Shown: piece by piece, positions 35,428 through 45,881 of the stretch | How the letters are laid out: the number at the start of each line of letters is the position of its first letter | Numbering within the stretch: the first letter of the stretch is position 1 | NCBI GenBank assembly: GCA_009780065.1 | Contig: WRAS01000001.1 | Span: 273,661 to 337,660, forward strand | DNA: 64,000 bases | Reading direction: 5' to 3' | From: Bacillota bacterium | GTDB taxonomy: Bacteria; Bacillota; Clostridia; Christensenellales; UBA1242 | Notes under the pieces: model-generated | What the model was told of the DNA's origin: nothing | What the model saw: the letters and a program-made list of their open reading frames with translations, nothing else | Database searches by the model: none | Position numbers and translations under genes: made by a program

Positions 35428-38064
35428 ATGAAAAAGGCATTGCTCTTTACGGGAATTTGTATACTTGTTACATTTGGTGTTCTTGCACTGGTTTTATCCA
35501 GTATTAACCTTGGTTTCCTTGCAGGAAATCGTGTAGGCAGCATCAACATAACATTTGCAAGTAACCCGCCTGCAGGTGTCATCGCGGCCAACGAAGAAGT
35601 CATCGTAGAAGCACCACTTTATTTGAACAACAGAACGGACGAAGGTGAAACCAGAAATCGCAGAACACGTGTTCCTGCATCTGATACTTTCAGTTTCCCT
35701 GGGCACAGATTCGTGCACTGGTTTGACGTCGAAGCGGACGAGCCACTTAGAAACCACGTTCCACGCGGTCTAACCGAAATGGACGAGGGTCGTACATTTA
35801 TCGCAATATGGGAGGCTATTACCTACCGTATTAACTTCAACACCACAGTTGCAAGCCCAACCAACCCAAGCCCAATCAACATCACATATGGCGAGGTTAT
35901 CCCAACACTTCCAAGCCCAACCCGTCACGGTTTCTTGGCACCAACATGGTGGACCGAGCGTAATGGTAACGGAACCGAAATTACCGCAGGTAACGTATTT
36001 AATCAAACAAGCAACCTTAACGTATTTGCACACTGGATCCAGGATCCAACCGTTCCCCAAAACCTTTTCCAAATTCGCTTTAATCTAAGATACGCAAATG
36101 CATCTATGCCAAGTGGACATGGTCTTACAAGACAAGTAACCACACACAACCTTTTCGAGGCACTTCCAATGCCTGCAACCAGACCAGGTTCAGGTTCCAC
36201 ACACATTGGATGGGAAATGCGTGACCCAAATGCTAATAACGCACTTGTAGCCGTAGGTAATAACCAGGCCGTTGCAAACATCCGTCTTGCAAACCAGGCG
36301 CAGGTAACCGTATACGCACTATGGCACCATGCACCAGTACAACAAACTTACACAGTTTCATTTAACCCTGCAGGTGGTTTGGTAAATGGTTCAACCGCAA
36401 TCCACACAATTACACCAATTGGGGTCGCACACAGTAATATGGGTAACCCAGTTCCAGTCCCAACACGTACATCACACACATTCCTTGGCTGGCAATCTCC
36501 GGCTGGAATCCTATTCGGGGTGGGTACAACACTTAACACAGTGGTTAACACAATTACATCTGGTAATGCAATAACACTGACTGCACAATGGCAGCAAGAT
36601 GCAATTCCTGTACCAACATTTACACTTACATTTGATGGGAACAACGGAACAGTTGTTGGTCCATCAGTAATAACCGCAAGTACAGCAATTGGAAACCTTG
36701 GGCAACAGGTTCCACACGCAACACGTGGCGGACACACACTAACAGGTTGGCATTTCCCGGCGGCTGGCATAACATTTGGAACAAACGCAACTCTTAACGC
36801 AATTACTAACACAATACCATCTGGCAATGCGGCAACTCTTGTTGCACAATGGCAACAAGATGCGGTTGTTCAACCACAATGGAATCTTAACTTTAACCCA
36901 AATAGTGGAACAATCAACGGTTCAACCGCAATCCACAGCGTACCGAACGTAGGTGCACAATTCAGTAACCTTGGGCATGTTGCACCGGCTGCGCAAAGAA
37001 CTGCTCACACTTTGACAGGATGGACATGTGGTGTAACCGGATTCCTTCGTGCACCAAACGCAACATTCGCAACTATTACTGGCGGTATCGCGTCTGGTAC
37101 AACAATTACACTTACCGCACAATGGGATGAATTGCCAATTACAATTAATTTCATTCTTAACGGTGGTACAACTTCTAACACAACAACATTTACAAACATT
37201 CGTCAAAGCAACATCAACACCGTAACATTCCCAACTGTTACACGTGCAAGACACAATCTCACTGCGTGGAATCTTGGTCACCTTGGCGGAACTGCGATTG
37301 CAACAAACAATCAACAAGCAATTCTTAACCACGCAAGAACAACTGGCTCTAACAACGTTTCCGTACATGCAAACTGGACCGCACAAACCTTTACAATCAC
37401 ATACCGCGCAACAAACGCAACGATATTTGATGGTAACACAAACCGAGGATCACAGTGGGTGGTAGGAGTTCAAGGTAACAACCACCACACAATTCCGCAC
37501 AGAGTAGAAAGACCAAACGCAGGCGGATTCACGTACTCGTTCGAAGGTTGGTTCTACAGATGGGGTGATGCCGCTAACCAAAGACGTCATATCCAAAATT
37601 ACGAAGACCTTAGAGCATTTATCTTAACGCGTTATGGTGCGAACGTACTTGCAATCACTATTGATGCAGGTTGGACACGTACAGCAATCGGCGGTGGCGG
37701 AACACCAGCACCAACACAATTCCAATTCTTTATGCACTTTATGGATGGAACAAACCGTTTCGTAAGAAGCAGATTGATGAGCGCACAAGAAACACCATTA
37801 CTTTCCGATATCTTCGCGGTTCAAATATCTCCAGGTGTTTACAGAAACGACGGAAGACTAACGCTAGAAGGTTATTCCCGTGTTGCATGGATTTACCAAC
37901 GTCTTGGTACTACACACAGATGGCCGGCTGGTTCCCACATTCCTGGTTATGTCAACCCACACCACAGAACAATGCATCAACACGACTTACTCAGCGGTAA
38001 CTCGCAAACCATTGACGGTGTACGGGTAATCCACCTTCACGCAGTTTGGATAAGAAACAGATAA
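35428..38064 (+). CDS. Secreted/surface protein with multiple InlB-B (Listeria-Bacteroides) repeats
   Basis: N-terminal hydrophobic segment; repeats 'F…GG…P.R..HT..GW…TLTAQW'. Confidence 0.85.
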   Translation: MKKALLFTGICILVTFGVLALVLSSINLGFLAGNRVGSINITFASNPPAGVIAANEEVIVEAPLYLNNRTDEGETRNRRTRVPASDTFSFPGHRFVHWFDVEADEPLRNHVPRGLTEMDEGRTFIAIWEAITYRINFNTTVASPTNPSPINITYGEVIPTLPSPTRHGFLAPTWWTERNGNGTEITAGNVFNQTSNLNVFAHWIQDPTVPQNLFQIRFNLRYANASMPSGHGLTRQVTTHNLFEALPMPATRPGSGSTHIGWEMRDPNANNALVAVGNNQAVANIRLANQAQVTVYALWHHAPVQQTYTVSFNPAGGLVNGSTAIHTITPIGVAHSNMGNPVPVPTRTSHTFLGWQSPAGILFGVGTTLNTVVNTITSGNAITLTAQWQQDAIPVPTFTLTFDGNNGTVVGPSVITASTAIGNLGQQVPHATRGGHTLTGWHFPAAGITFGTNATLNAITNTIPSGNAATLVAQWQQDAVVQPQWNLNFNPNSGTINGSTAIHSVPNVGAQFSNLGHVAPAAQRTAHTLTGWTCGVTGFLRAPNATFATITGGIASGTTITLTAQWDELPITINFILNGGTTSNTTTFTNIRQSNINTVTFPTVTRARHNLTAWNLGHLGGTAIATNNQQAILNHARTTGSNNVSVHANWTAQTFTITYRATNATIFDGNTNRGSQWVVGVQGNNHHTIPHRVERPNAGGFTYSFEGWFYRWGDAANQRRHIQNYEDLRAFILTRYGANVLAITIDAGWTRTAIGGGGTPAPTQFQFFMHFMDGTNRFVRSRLMSAQETPLLSDIFAVQISPGVYRNDGRLTLEGYSRVAWIYQRLGTTHRWPAGSHIPGYVNPHHRTMHQHDLLSGNSQTIDGVRVIHLHAVWIRNR

Positions 38065-38071
38065 CAGATTC

Positions 38072-38095
38072 AAAAAGCACCTTCGGGTGCTTTTT
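38072..38095 (+). terminator. Intrinsic terminator
   Basis: AAAAAGCACC-ttcg-GGTGCTTTTT. Confidence 0.9.
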
Positions 38096-38140
38096 ATGTC
38101 GAATTTGCATGATATAACTTTTGTTTCGCATGTAATTAAT

Positions 38141-39055
38141 ATGCTGTACGAAATTTTACCCACAGAAATTTGTCATGCACTCGCACGACTGGATATCAAT
38201 CACGTTTATGAATTGCGGCTGCGTTCCAATGCACCCGCGGTGGTTTGTCTTGGTGGTAAAAATTTTTATCTTACAAAGGATGGACCATCGCGCGACACAA
38301 AAAGCGCAATCTTTGTTTCGCGTAATGACTTGGACGCAATTTTGCATCGTGCGTCGAATTATTCTATTTATGCGGTTAACGAACAAATTAAGCAAGGGTT
38401 CCTCACCGTCAAAGGCGGTATCCGAATAGGTATTGCGGGCGAGGTTGTGGTGGAAAATAACCAAATCAAAACAATAAAAAATATCCAAGCCCTGAACATT
38501 CGTGTTCCGCACGAGGTTCGCAATTGTTCATATCCGGTGCTGGGCTATATCTTTGAAAGTCCGCGACCATTGAAGACCCTGATAATTTCTCCGCCTGGGG
38601 CGGGAAAGACCACATTTCTTCGCGACCTCGCATTGCAAATATCTTATCGATATCAATTATTGAATACACTTATATTAGACGAACGCGGCGAAATCTGTGC
38701 CACACACCTTGGCGAAAACCAATTGGATGTTGGTCATCTTACGGATGTGATTTCAGGGTCATCAAAGATATATGGCTTTGAAAATGGAATCCGTAGTATG
38801 CGCCCAGATATAATAATAACGGACGAGGTTGCAACCGCATCCGACATAGAAATGTTGCGTCTGGCCGCGCGTAGCGGTGTTTCGGTGATTGCTTCGGTTC
38901 ATGCATCCGGTATCGAAGAAATTCGTAACAAGCCATATTTCAAAGACATCATCGCGGAACAAATTTTTGACCGTTACATTGTTTTAGGTGTGCGCGACAG
39001 TGCGGGTCATGTAATGGGTGTTTTTGACAGAAATCTGAAATTGCTCGCCATGTGA
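38141..39055 (+). CDS. spoIIIAA: Stage III sporulation ATPase AA
   Basis: ELRLR, GFLTVKGGIRIGIAG, SPPGAGKTTFLRD, DERGEI, IRSMRPDIIITDE. Confidence 0.95.
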   Translation: MLYEILPTEICHALARLDINHVYELRLRSNAPAVVCLGGKNFYLTKDGPSRDTKSAIFVSRNDLDAILHRASNYSIYAVNEQIKQGFLTVKGGIRIGIAGEVVVENNQIKTIKNIQALNIRVPHEVRNCSYPVLGYIFESPRPLKTLIISPPGAGKTTFLRDLALQISYRYQLLNTLILDERGEICATHLGENQLDVGHLTDVISGSSKIYGFENGIRSMRPDIIITDEVATASDIEMLRLAARSGVSVIASVHASGIEEIRNKPYFKDIIAEQIFDRYIVLGVRDSAGHVMGVFDRNLKLLAM

Positions 39056-39087
39056 AAATTCGAATTAACCTTGCATACACATATAAA

Positions 39088-39585
39088 ATGTATATCATTA
39101 TGTTATTAGTGGCACTGGTTGTGCCTATAGTATTCGGCTATTATATATATAGAAATTATAAATGCAGAAAGATCTTTTTTCAAGACACAATTGCATTCTG
39201 CGATCATTTGTCAGTCGAAATTGGATTTTCAAAAAATAACCTTGGTTATATTATTGATACGTATAAAGATTCTTACGCGCAACATTTTTATAATACGCTT
39301 GTGGGATACAAGACCTTGCTAGATAATCGTATTGAAATCACTCATGGTGCTGTGAATTCGGTTGTGTGGCGCGGCCTTAAACCCGCCGAAATTACAACAA
39401 TCACAGATTTTTTATATGAACTGGGACGCCATGGCAGTCACGAAGAACAATCCAAAATCGCATCAAAGCGCGTAACATTTGACCATTTCTTTGACCAATC
39501 TAAAACAGCGCTGCGACGTGAAGCGTCTATTTATTTCAAACTTTGCATAATTTTAGGTATAGCATTAGTAATTTTACTTGTATAA
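39088..39585 (+). CDS. spoIIIAB: Stage III sporulation protein AB
   Basis: Operon position; LGR…EEQ…YFKLCIILGIALVILLV tail. Confidence 0.8.
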   Translation: MYIIMLLVALVVPIVFGYYIYRNYKCRKIFFQDTIAFCDHLSVEIGFSKNNLGYIIDTYKDSYAQHFYNTLVGYKTLLDNRIEITHGAVNSVVWRGLKPAEITTITDFLYELGRHGSHEEQSKIASKRVTFDHFFDQSKTALRREASIYFKLCIILGIALVILLV

Positions 39586-39602
39586 GCGAAAAGGAAGGGA
39601 AG

Positions 39603-39800
39603 ATGGGAATAGAAATTATATTCAGAATCGCGGCAATAGGAATTTTGGCAAGTGTAGTTTCCAGTGTTCTTAAACAATCCGGCAAAGACGAACTTGCAAC
39701 CTTTGTTTCTTTGTCTGCGGTTATAATTTCACTTTTACTGGTTTTGGATATGGTGGCAGATTTATTCAGTACAGTGCGAAATCTTTTTTCGTTGTACTAG
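39603..39800 (+). CDS. spoIIIAC: Stage III sporulation protein AC
   Basis: IIFRIAAIGIL…VLKQSGKDELA. Confidence 0.93.
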   Translation: MGIEIIFRIAAIGILASVVSSVLKQSGKDELATFVSLSAVIISLLLVLDMVADLFSTVRNLFSLY

Positions 39801-39806
39801 GTTGCA

Positions 39807-39834
39807 ATATTCGACAATAGCGCACACATAGTCT
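39807..39834 (+). promoter_or_regulatory. Internal sigmaE-like promoter with Spo0A box
   Basis: ATA-N17-CATAGTCT; TTCGACA (reverse complement of TGTCGAA) at 39810-39816. Confidence 0.5.
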
Positions 39835-39840
39835 AAAGAC

Positions 39841-40227
39841 ATGGAAGTCTTTCAACTCATTGGCATCGCGCTGCTTACTGCGGTGGCGGTGATTATTCTT
39901 CGTCCGCATAAACCAGAAATAGCAATGATTGTCAGTTTGGCGGGCGGGCTAATGGTTCTGTTTTTGTTTGTGGAGACCCTCAGTGGGGTTATTGGTGGAT
40001 TTTCGCAAATCGCAACTCAAACGGGTGTTCCAATTACATTATTCAGTGCATTACTTAGAATAATTGGAATTGGCTATTTAACAGAATTTGCAGCCAATAT
40101 ATGCGAAGACAGCGGTAACCAAAGTCTGGCACACAAAGTAGTTATAGGGGGAAAGATTCTTATCCTTGTCATGGCGATTCCAATAGTTACTAGTTTAATT
40201 GACATAATCGTGGGGGTGCTGCCATGA
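39841..40227 (+). CDS. spoIIIAD: Stage III sporulation protein AD
   Basis: LRIIGIGYLTEFAANICEDSG…GGKILIL..AIP. Confidence 0.93.
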   Translation: MEVFQLIGIALLTAVAVIILRPHKPEIAMIVSLAGGLMVLFLFVETLSGVIGGFSQIATQTGVPITLFSALLRIIGIGYLTEFAANICEDSGNQSLAHKVVIGGKILILVMAIPIVTSLIDIIVGVLP

Positions 40228-41495
40228 ATTATGAATTTGAATTAAAAGAATACAAACGCAGAATTTCTCCGCAAAAAATAAAACAAAAATCAACCCCGAA
40301 AAAGATTCTTCGGCGTGTTATCGTTTCACTTACCATTCTTGCTGTTGTTTTTTCATTAATGTTGATGCAGGACGTTGCGATTGCAATCGCAAGCACAAAC
40401 CAAAACATTATCGAAGAACTGGAACGTAATGTAAACGATAGCCTAAACAACATCGACTTTGGTGAATTGGATGATATCTTGGCAGGTATTGGTTCGGGGT
40501 TTAATTTGTTTGGCGAGGACTCGTTCATGCAAAGAGTCAGCCGAATCATCAGTGGCGAATTTCAAACCGAACACAACAATATGTTTTCTGCATTGTTTGC
40601 ATTGTTCGGTTCCGCAATCTTTGGATTCTTGCCAATCATTATGTTGATTGTGGGCGTTGCGATATTTTCCGGTCTTATGCAGGCGCTTCGTCATCATAAC
40701 TCGGGTGAAGGGGTTCGAAACATCATCCACTTTGTTACGTACTCTGCAATTGTTGTAATTGTGATGTATGGGGTTGCATCTATGATAGCCACGGTAACCG
40801 GAACACTTAACAGCATCCGTACACAAATGGATATAATATTCCCCATTTTGCTGACATTGATGGTTGCATCCGGAGGGCAAGCCAGTAGCAGTGTTTATCA
40901 ACCTGCAGTGGTTATTTTGTCCAATGGTGTGATGCAAATTTTCACACTAATTGTTATGCCATTATTTATAATTACTTTGATATTTTCAATTGTTGGCAAC
41001 TTGTCCAACACAAACCGCTTTGACAAATTCGTCTCGTTTTTTACCAGTGCCTATAAATGGATACTAGGTCTAACATTCACAATCTTTCTTTCGTTCTTGG
41101 CTATCCAAGGAATCACTGCCAGCGCTCATGACGGTATATCAATCCGAGCCGCAAGATTCACAATCAGCAGTTACGTCCCATTCCTTGGCGGTTATTTGTC
41201 CCAGGGTTTTGACTTGGTGCTTGCGTCTTCCATTCTTATTAAAAACGCGGTGGGTTTGGCGGGCTTATATTTACTGCTCGGGGTGGTTCTTGCACCAATA
41301 ATTCAAATAGCGGTTTTCAGTCTTGGTCTAAAACTGGCCGCTGCCATAACACAACCAATCGCGGATGAACGCATTTCAAATTTTCTGTCGACGGTCAACA
41401 AGGCATTTTCAATGCTGGCTGCAATATTAATCGGTGTTGCCTTTATGTATTTTTTAACCATTGGTCTAATCATTATGACGGGAAATGTTCTCTAA
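40224..41495 (+). CDS. spoIIIAE: Stage III sporulation protein AE
   Basis: PILLTLMVASGG…SSVYQP, RAARF…VPFLGG, IKNAVG. Confidence 0.93.
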   Translation: MNYEFELKEYKRRISPQKIKQKSTPKKILRRVIVSLTILAVVFSLMLMQDVAIAIASTNQNIIEELERNVNDSLNNIDFGELDDILAGIGSGFNLFGEDSFMQRVSRIISGEFQTEHNNMFSALFALFGSAIFGFLPIIMLIVGVAIFSGLMQALRHHNSGEGVRNIIHFVTYSAIVVIVMYGVASMIATVTGTLNSIRTQMDIIFPILLTLMVASGGQASSSVYQPAVVILSNGVMQIFTLIVMPLFIITLIFSIVGNLSNTNRFDKFVSFFTSAYKWILGLTFTIFLSFLAIQGITASAHDGISIRAARFTISSYVPFLGGYLSQGFDLVLASSILIKNAVGLAGLYLLLGVVLAPIIQIAVFSLGLKLAAAITQPIADERISNFLSTVNKAFSMLAAILIGVAFMYFLTIGLIIMTGNVL

Positions 41496-41507
41496 AAAGG
41501 AGTTTGC

Positions 41508-41972
41508 ATGAGTCCATGGCTTCTATCCATTGTCGGAGTAACCATCATCGGCGTGTTGGCGGAATTGCTGTTGACGGATTCTCCAATGTCAAAATTCGTG
41601 CGTGGAATTTACGGGTTTTTTATATTACTGGTCATCATACAACCGTTGCCAGGTTTTTTTCGCGGAGACATTGAAATAGGCGGTGGCGTGGATTATAACT
41701 GGGAACTGATTGGCACGATTAATACCCAGAATGCTGCTGCCACACAAACACGGATGGAAAATACTCTTAGATTGGCTGGCTTTGACAATGTTCTGGTTAC
41801 CGTGGTACATGACCGCAATGCCAGTTCGTTTCAAATTGAAAATCTTTTTATCAATGCAACAGGGGTAATCATACGGGAAGATCGTGAACACATAAACACC
41901 AAAGAAGAAATCATACGTATAGTTACAACAACATTAAGAGTCGATGAATCAATTATTTTCTATATCGGATAA
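41508..41972 (+). CDS. spoIIIAF: Stage III sporulation protein AF
   Basis: WLLSIVG…ELLL…KFVR…LVIIQP; operon position. Confidence 0.85.
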   Translation: MSPWLLSIVGVTIIGVLAELLLTDSPMSKFVRGIYGFFILLVIIQPLPGFFRGDIEIGGGVDYNWELIGTINTQNAAATQTRMENTLRLAGFDNVLVTVVHDRNASSFQIENLFINATGVIIREDREHINTKEEIIRIVTTTLRVDESIIFYIG

Positions 41973-41984
41973 GGAGGGGGAACA

Positions 41985-42698
41985 ATGTTAAAAGTAGAGC
42001 GCGAGGACAATGACAATGTAATGTCCAGAACCACACTAGGCGGTGAACCAAGACAAACAAACAGGGAAGAGGTCTCACTACCACTATCAAGCGAAGCCCC
42101 AAAAATGGTGCAACCACCAAAACCGCAACCCAAGACTGAACCCGTAAAATCAACAGGCAAGGGCTCGTTTCTTGCGCGACTTCGCAAAGTCAAGAACATA
42201 GAATTCTATGTTGCAGGCGGAGTGATTTTATTGATGATCGCAATCTTTGCAACTAATTTCTTGGGTGGGGTATCCAATGACCAACCTAACCATGCAAACT
42301 GGAACCAGATGCAAACAAACTTTGCCCGTGACATGGAAGCACGTTTGGTACAAACTCTGTCCCAGGTTCGTGGTGCAGGCCGTGTAGAAGCCATGGTAAC
42401 CGTGGCGGGTTCCGCAACATTGGAAATTGCATATAACATTGACGAGCGCACCGTAACCCAAACCGGCGCCAATGGTGTATCCACAACTACAATTACTGTG
42501 GTGCGTACACCGGTAATTATAAATGACCGCGGCGGTCCGCGCCCATTGATTCTGATGGAAATTAAACCTCAAATCCGTGGGGTGGTAATCGTGGCACAGG
42601 GTGCGCACGACATTGGGGTACGACTTGCAATACTTCGCGCGGCTCAGGCTCTTATCGCGGACAATACAGTCAATATCGAGGTTTTATCCGGAAGATAA
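41985..42698 (+). CDS. spoIIIAG: Stage III sporulation protein AG
   Basis: EARLVQTLSQVRGAGRVEAMVT…PQIRGVVIVAQGA. Confidence 0.92.
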   Translation: MLKVEREDNDNVMSRTTLGGEPRQTNREEVSLPLSSEAPKMVQPPKPQPKTEPVKSTGKGSFLARLRKVKNIEFYVAGGVILLMIAIFATNFLGGVSNDQPNHANWNQMQTNFARDMEARLVQTLSQVRGAGRVEAMVTVAGSATLEIAYNIDERTVTQTGANGVSTTTITVVRTPVIINDRGGPRPLILMEIKPQIRGVVIVAQGAHDIGVRLAILRAAQALIADNTVNIEVLSGR

Positions 42699-42715
42699 AT
42701 AATAAAAAAATACTT

Positions 42716-42745
42716 GTCATACCAAACAAATGAAACACATATTAA
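42716..42745 (+). promoter_or_regulatory. SigmaE-like promoter upstream of spoIIIAH
   Basis: TCATA-N16-CATATTAAT. Confidence 0.45.
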
Positions 42746-42779
42746 TGGCTACAGTTTAAAAAATTAAAAGGAGCGTCAC

Positions 42780-43325
42780 ATGGAAATCGTCGAACAACAA
42801 CCAGAAGTAAAGACCAAAAGACGTATTAACTTCCGAGGAGCCTTCACAAAAAGAAGAAAGATGATGATATTGGCAGGTATGTTTGTATTGCTGATTGTTA
42901 CTGGTTATCTTAATTTCACCCTTAATAACAGAGCGCCAGAGGTGGGCGGGGACTACAGGCAGCAACAACACGTATTCCAAATATTCCGTCAAACAAGAAC
43001 AGCCGAACGTACAAGCCAACTTGCAATACTAGAGAACATAGCCCTATCAACATCTGGTTACAGCGAACAAGCCCGTCTTAATGCAGAAACACAAAAACTA
43101 GAACTTCTTCAAGCCATCGCCTTCGAAACAGCCGCAGAAAACCTTATCCTTGCACTTGGATTCCAGGATGCCATTGTATCAAAAAACGGCGGAAACATTA
43201 ACGTACTGGTACGTACACCCGAAAATTTAACCCCGGTCCAGGTCACACAAATCCGTCTTGCACTAAACTCTGTTGCCAACCGCACAATCGATATTGACAA
43301 CATCTTTGTATCACCAATCGAATAA
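42780..43325 (+). CDS. spoIIIAH: Stage III sporulation protein AH
   Basis: LIVTGYLNF…F…R..R..R…E.LI.A.GFQDAIV. Confidence 0.9.
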   Translation: MEIVEQQPEVKTKRRINFRGAFTKRRKMMILAGMFVLLIVTGYLNFTLNNRAPEVGGDYRQQQHVFQIFRQTRTAERTSQLAILENIALSTSGYSEQARLNAETQKLELLQAIAFETAAENLILALGFQDAIVSKNGGNINVLVRTPENLTPVQVTQIRLALNSVANRTIDIDNIFVSPIE

Positions 43326-43346
43326 AAAAACACATCAAAAAATATA

Positions 43347-43368
43347 AAAGCCCATCACGGGCTTTTTT
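43347..43368 (+). terminator. Intrinsic terminator after spoIIIA
   Basis: AAAGCCC-atcac-GGGCTTTTTT. Confidence 0.8.
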
Positions 43369-43442
43369 AATTGCTCAAATTTTATTTGCCAATTCCACAC
43401 AATATATGTATATTTATTATAAAACAATCGGAGGGAATGTAA

Positions 43443-45851
43443 ATGACTCCACTAAAGAAGAAACTGGGATGGATTGGATTATGTGTCGGCATATTTTGCG
43501 TTAACGTAATTGCGGTAACATCCGTATTCATATTGGCAAACCGCGGTCCCGTTGCGGGCGATCCTACGCCGCCTACCCCGCCGCCAAGTTTTCCATACCC
43601 AAATTATATGCAACATACTTTGCTAAATCTTGATGGAACAATTAACGGCCAGGTTGCGGCAAACATTTTGCGTGATTTGAATTCAACAAATACGGCGGTT
43701 AATTACCGCGGTACAATTTTTAGATTAATGTCAACTTACGGAGTTCAATTTCCGGGACCAAATGCTGTTAGGCCTTTTGCATTATCAACTAGTTTATGGC
43801 GTATCGTTGCTGTAGAAGGTAACAATCTGGTAATATATTCTACACATGGTTATAATGTATCATTTTTAAATGATATTCGTACTACGTTGAATAACGATTT
43901 CAATAGTTTACCTAATGAAATCAGAACCAATCCGCTGATAATCCCAACAGGGAATAGACCAGATGGTGGTGCAGGTATTGTGGGTGATAGACTTTGGCTA
44001 CCATCGTTGACAGAACTAAATCAATGGTCGGTGGTAAACCAACGTCATGGGCGTTTTAGGCAGGGTGGTTGGAGTAGTCCTCCTATTTTTAATTTTTATT
44101 TTGCTGCTTGGTTACGTTCAGGAAACAGACATGTTATACACACAGGATCTAGCGTTACTACCCTTAACCCACACCAAATGACCCAAAGGCAAGCATTGCG
44201 GCCGGCAATGTTATTAAGTATTCCATTATTGCAACAGGCAGCACAAGGATATACAGAAAGAAACAGGTATCTCTTTGATGTTTCGATTGATGGAAGTGTT
44301 TCTGTAAATGAAGATGTTAGATTGTTCATCAAGGAAAATATACTAGAGAGTCAAGTTGCTAGTTCTGGTCATGTACATTTGGATTGGATACCTTTCAGAT
44401 TTTTTCCTAACTTGGGTGATAACACTACATCACAAGCACTTAGTCAAACTTATTTTTCAATAGGTTTAAACTTAAACAATGCAACTTTACATACGGTTGC
44501 AGTAGATCAATATGTGCATTTTACTGGCATTCCAGATAATGCTCGTGTTTTTGATAACGTTACTTTGCTTGATGATTGGGAAAGAATAAATACAAGCGGA
44601 AGATTTAATCAATTTTTAATACCAGCTACTGAGACGGTAAACGGAATATTTTTAGTTTCTAATTCCGGACCATTATTCGGGGGACAAAGCACTATTCACT
44701 CCGGGACACGAGTTGCTCTAGTGCACATATATCTCGACATGATTGAACTATTCCCTGAACTCTTTGCCTCTATTGAATTGCCGGCTAATGATACAGGTTT
44801 TGCGATGGGTAATTTTACTGGAATCACGCGTGGCACAAACTTCTTCTCACCCATAGCACCAATAAACGGCACATTCACTTTTCAAATGACCCTTGCACCA
44901 AGTCACAATCAATCCAACCCAACCATAACCCTTGCCCAAAACGGAACACTGGGCACACCAACCCGTGTTGGCGATGTGTTGACATTCACGGTAACAAATG
45001 TGACCGGGCCAATAACAGAGGCAGACTGGACGGTCAGCGGTGTTAATCTGAACACATACAACGTTGCATCCCCAACAACAGATGCAATAGGTATCACATT
45101 CAGCGGTTCAAGTGTAGCAACAGTCCAACACGGAGGAAGTTTCACATTCACAATGACATTGACACCTGCCAACGCCGAATTGGTATTCAGTTTATCTCTT
45201 CTACGTCATGGTTCACTTAGTCAATCAAGAATAGGTAACGTAATTACATTTACCGTAAGCAACGTTTCTGGTCATATAACTCCGTCAGATTACAACTTTG
45301 TACATGGAGGAACGGTTGTTACTGTCTCCACAGGTGGGTCTGGCGATGGCTGGACAATTCCAACAACGTCGACAAACATACCCGCACTTGGCGGTTTCAC
45401 CTTCACACTAACCCTCGCTGCCAGCCACAGCCAATCCAATCCAATTGTATACCTCGCCCATGGTGCAGGTAATCACAATGTTATTCAAACCAACCGTGCT
45501 GGGAATGTTATTACATTCACCGTCACAAATGTGACTATGAACATAAACCCATCCCACTTCAACGTTGCTAACGTTGTACAAAACACATACAACGTCACTT
45601 CCGCCAACTCTGGCCTTGGGTTTACAATAACCCAATTATCTGCAACAACCGTGGAACACGGCGGACACTTCTCATTTGTATTAATCCTTGATGAAAACTT
45701 CTCTAACTCTAACCCAACCCTAACATTTACTGGCCCAGGTACCGCTGTAATACATGGATCTGGGTTGTCTCGTGCGATTACAGTAACTGGTGTTACTGGC
45801 GACATAATTGCATCCATGTTTGCAATCGGTGGGGTTGTGCAGAATCCTTGA
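43443..45851 (+). CDS. Membrane-anchored surface protein: DUF6273-like domain plus four beta-sandwich repeats
   Basis: LWLPSLTEL…WLRSG…ALRPAM; repeats 'HGGxFTFxxTL…SNP…R.GNVITFTVTNVTG.I'. Confidence 0.75.
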   Translation: MTPLKKKLGWIGLCVGIFCVNVIAVTSVFILANRGPVAGDPTPPTPPPSFPYPNYMQHTLLNLDGTINGQVAANILRDLNSTNTAVNYRGTIFRLMSTYGVQFPGPNAVRPFALSTSLWRIVAVEGNNLVIYSTHGYNVSFLNDIRTTLNNDFNSLPNEIRTNPLIIPTGNRPDGGAGIVGDRLWLPSLTELNQWSVVNQRHGRFRQGGWSSPPIFNFYFAAWLRSGNRHVIHTGSSVTTLNPHQMTQRQALRPAMLLSIPLLQQAAQGYTERNRYLFDVSIDGSVSVNEDVRLFIKENILESQVASSGHVHLDWIPFRFFPNLGDNTTSQALSQTYFSIGLNLNNATLHTVAVDQYVHFTGIPDNARVFDNVTLLDDWERINTSGRFNQFLIPATETVNGIFLVSNSGPLFGGQSTIHSGTRVALVHIYLDMIELFPELFASIELPANDTGFAMGNFTGITRGTNFFSPIAPINGTFTFQMTLAPSHNQSNPTITLAQNGTLGTPTRVGDVLTFTVTNVTGPITEADWTVSGVNLNTYNVASPTTDAIGITFSGSSVATVQHGGSFTFTMTLTPANAELVFSLSLLRHGSLSQSRIGNVITFTVSNVSGHITPSDYNFVHGGTVVTVSTGGSGDGWTIPTTSTNIPALGGFTFTLTLAASHSQSNPIVYLAHGAGNHNVIQTNRAGNVITFTVTNVTMNINPSHFNVANVVQNTYNVTSANSGLGFTITQLSATTVEHGGHFSFVLILDENFSNSNPTLTFTGPGTAVIHGSGLSRAITVTGVTGDIIASMFAIGGVVQNP

Positions 45852-45881
45852 AAAACTTTGCGGATTGTGATATAATTAAAT

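Noticed and set aside
35428-38064. Alternative genetic code as the cause of missing lysines
   Set aside because: Cytoplasmic genes use AAA/AAG at conserved Lys positions (Walker A, PLP Lys) and standard stops
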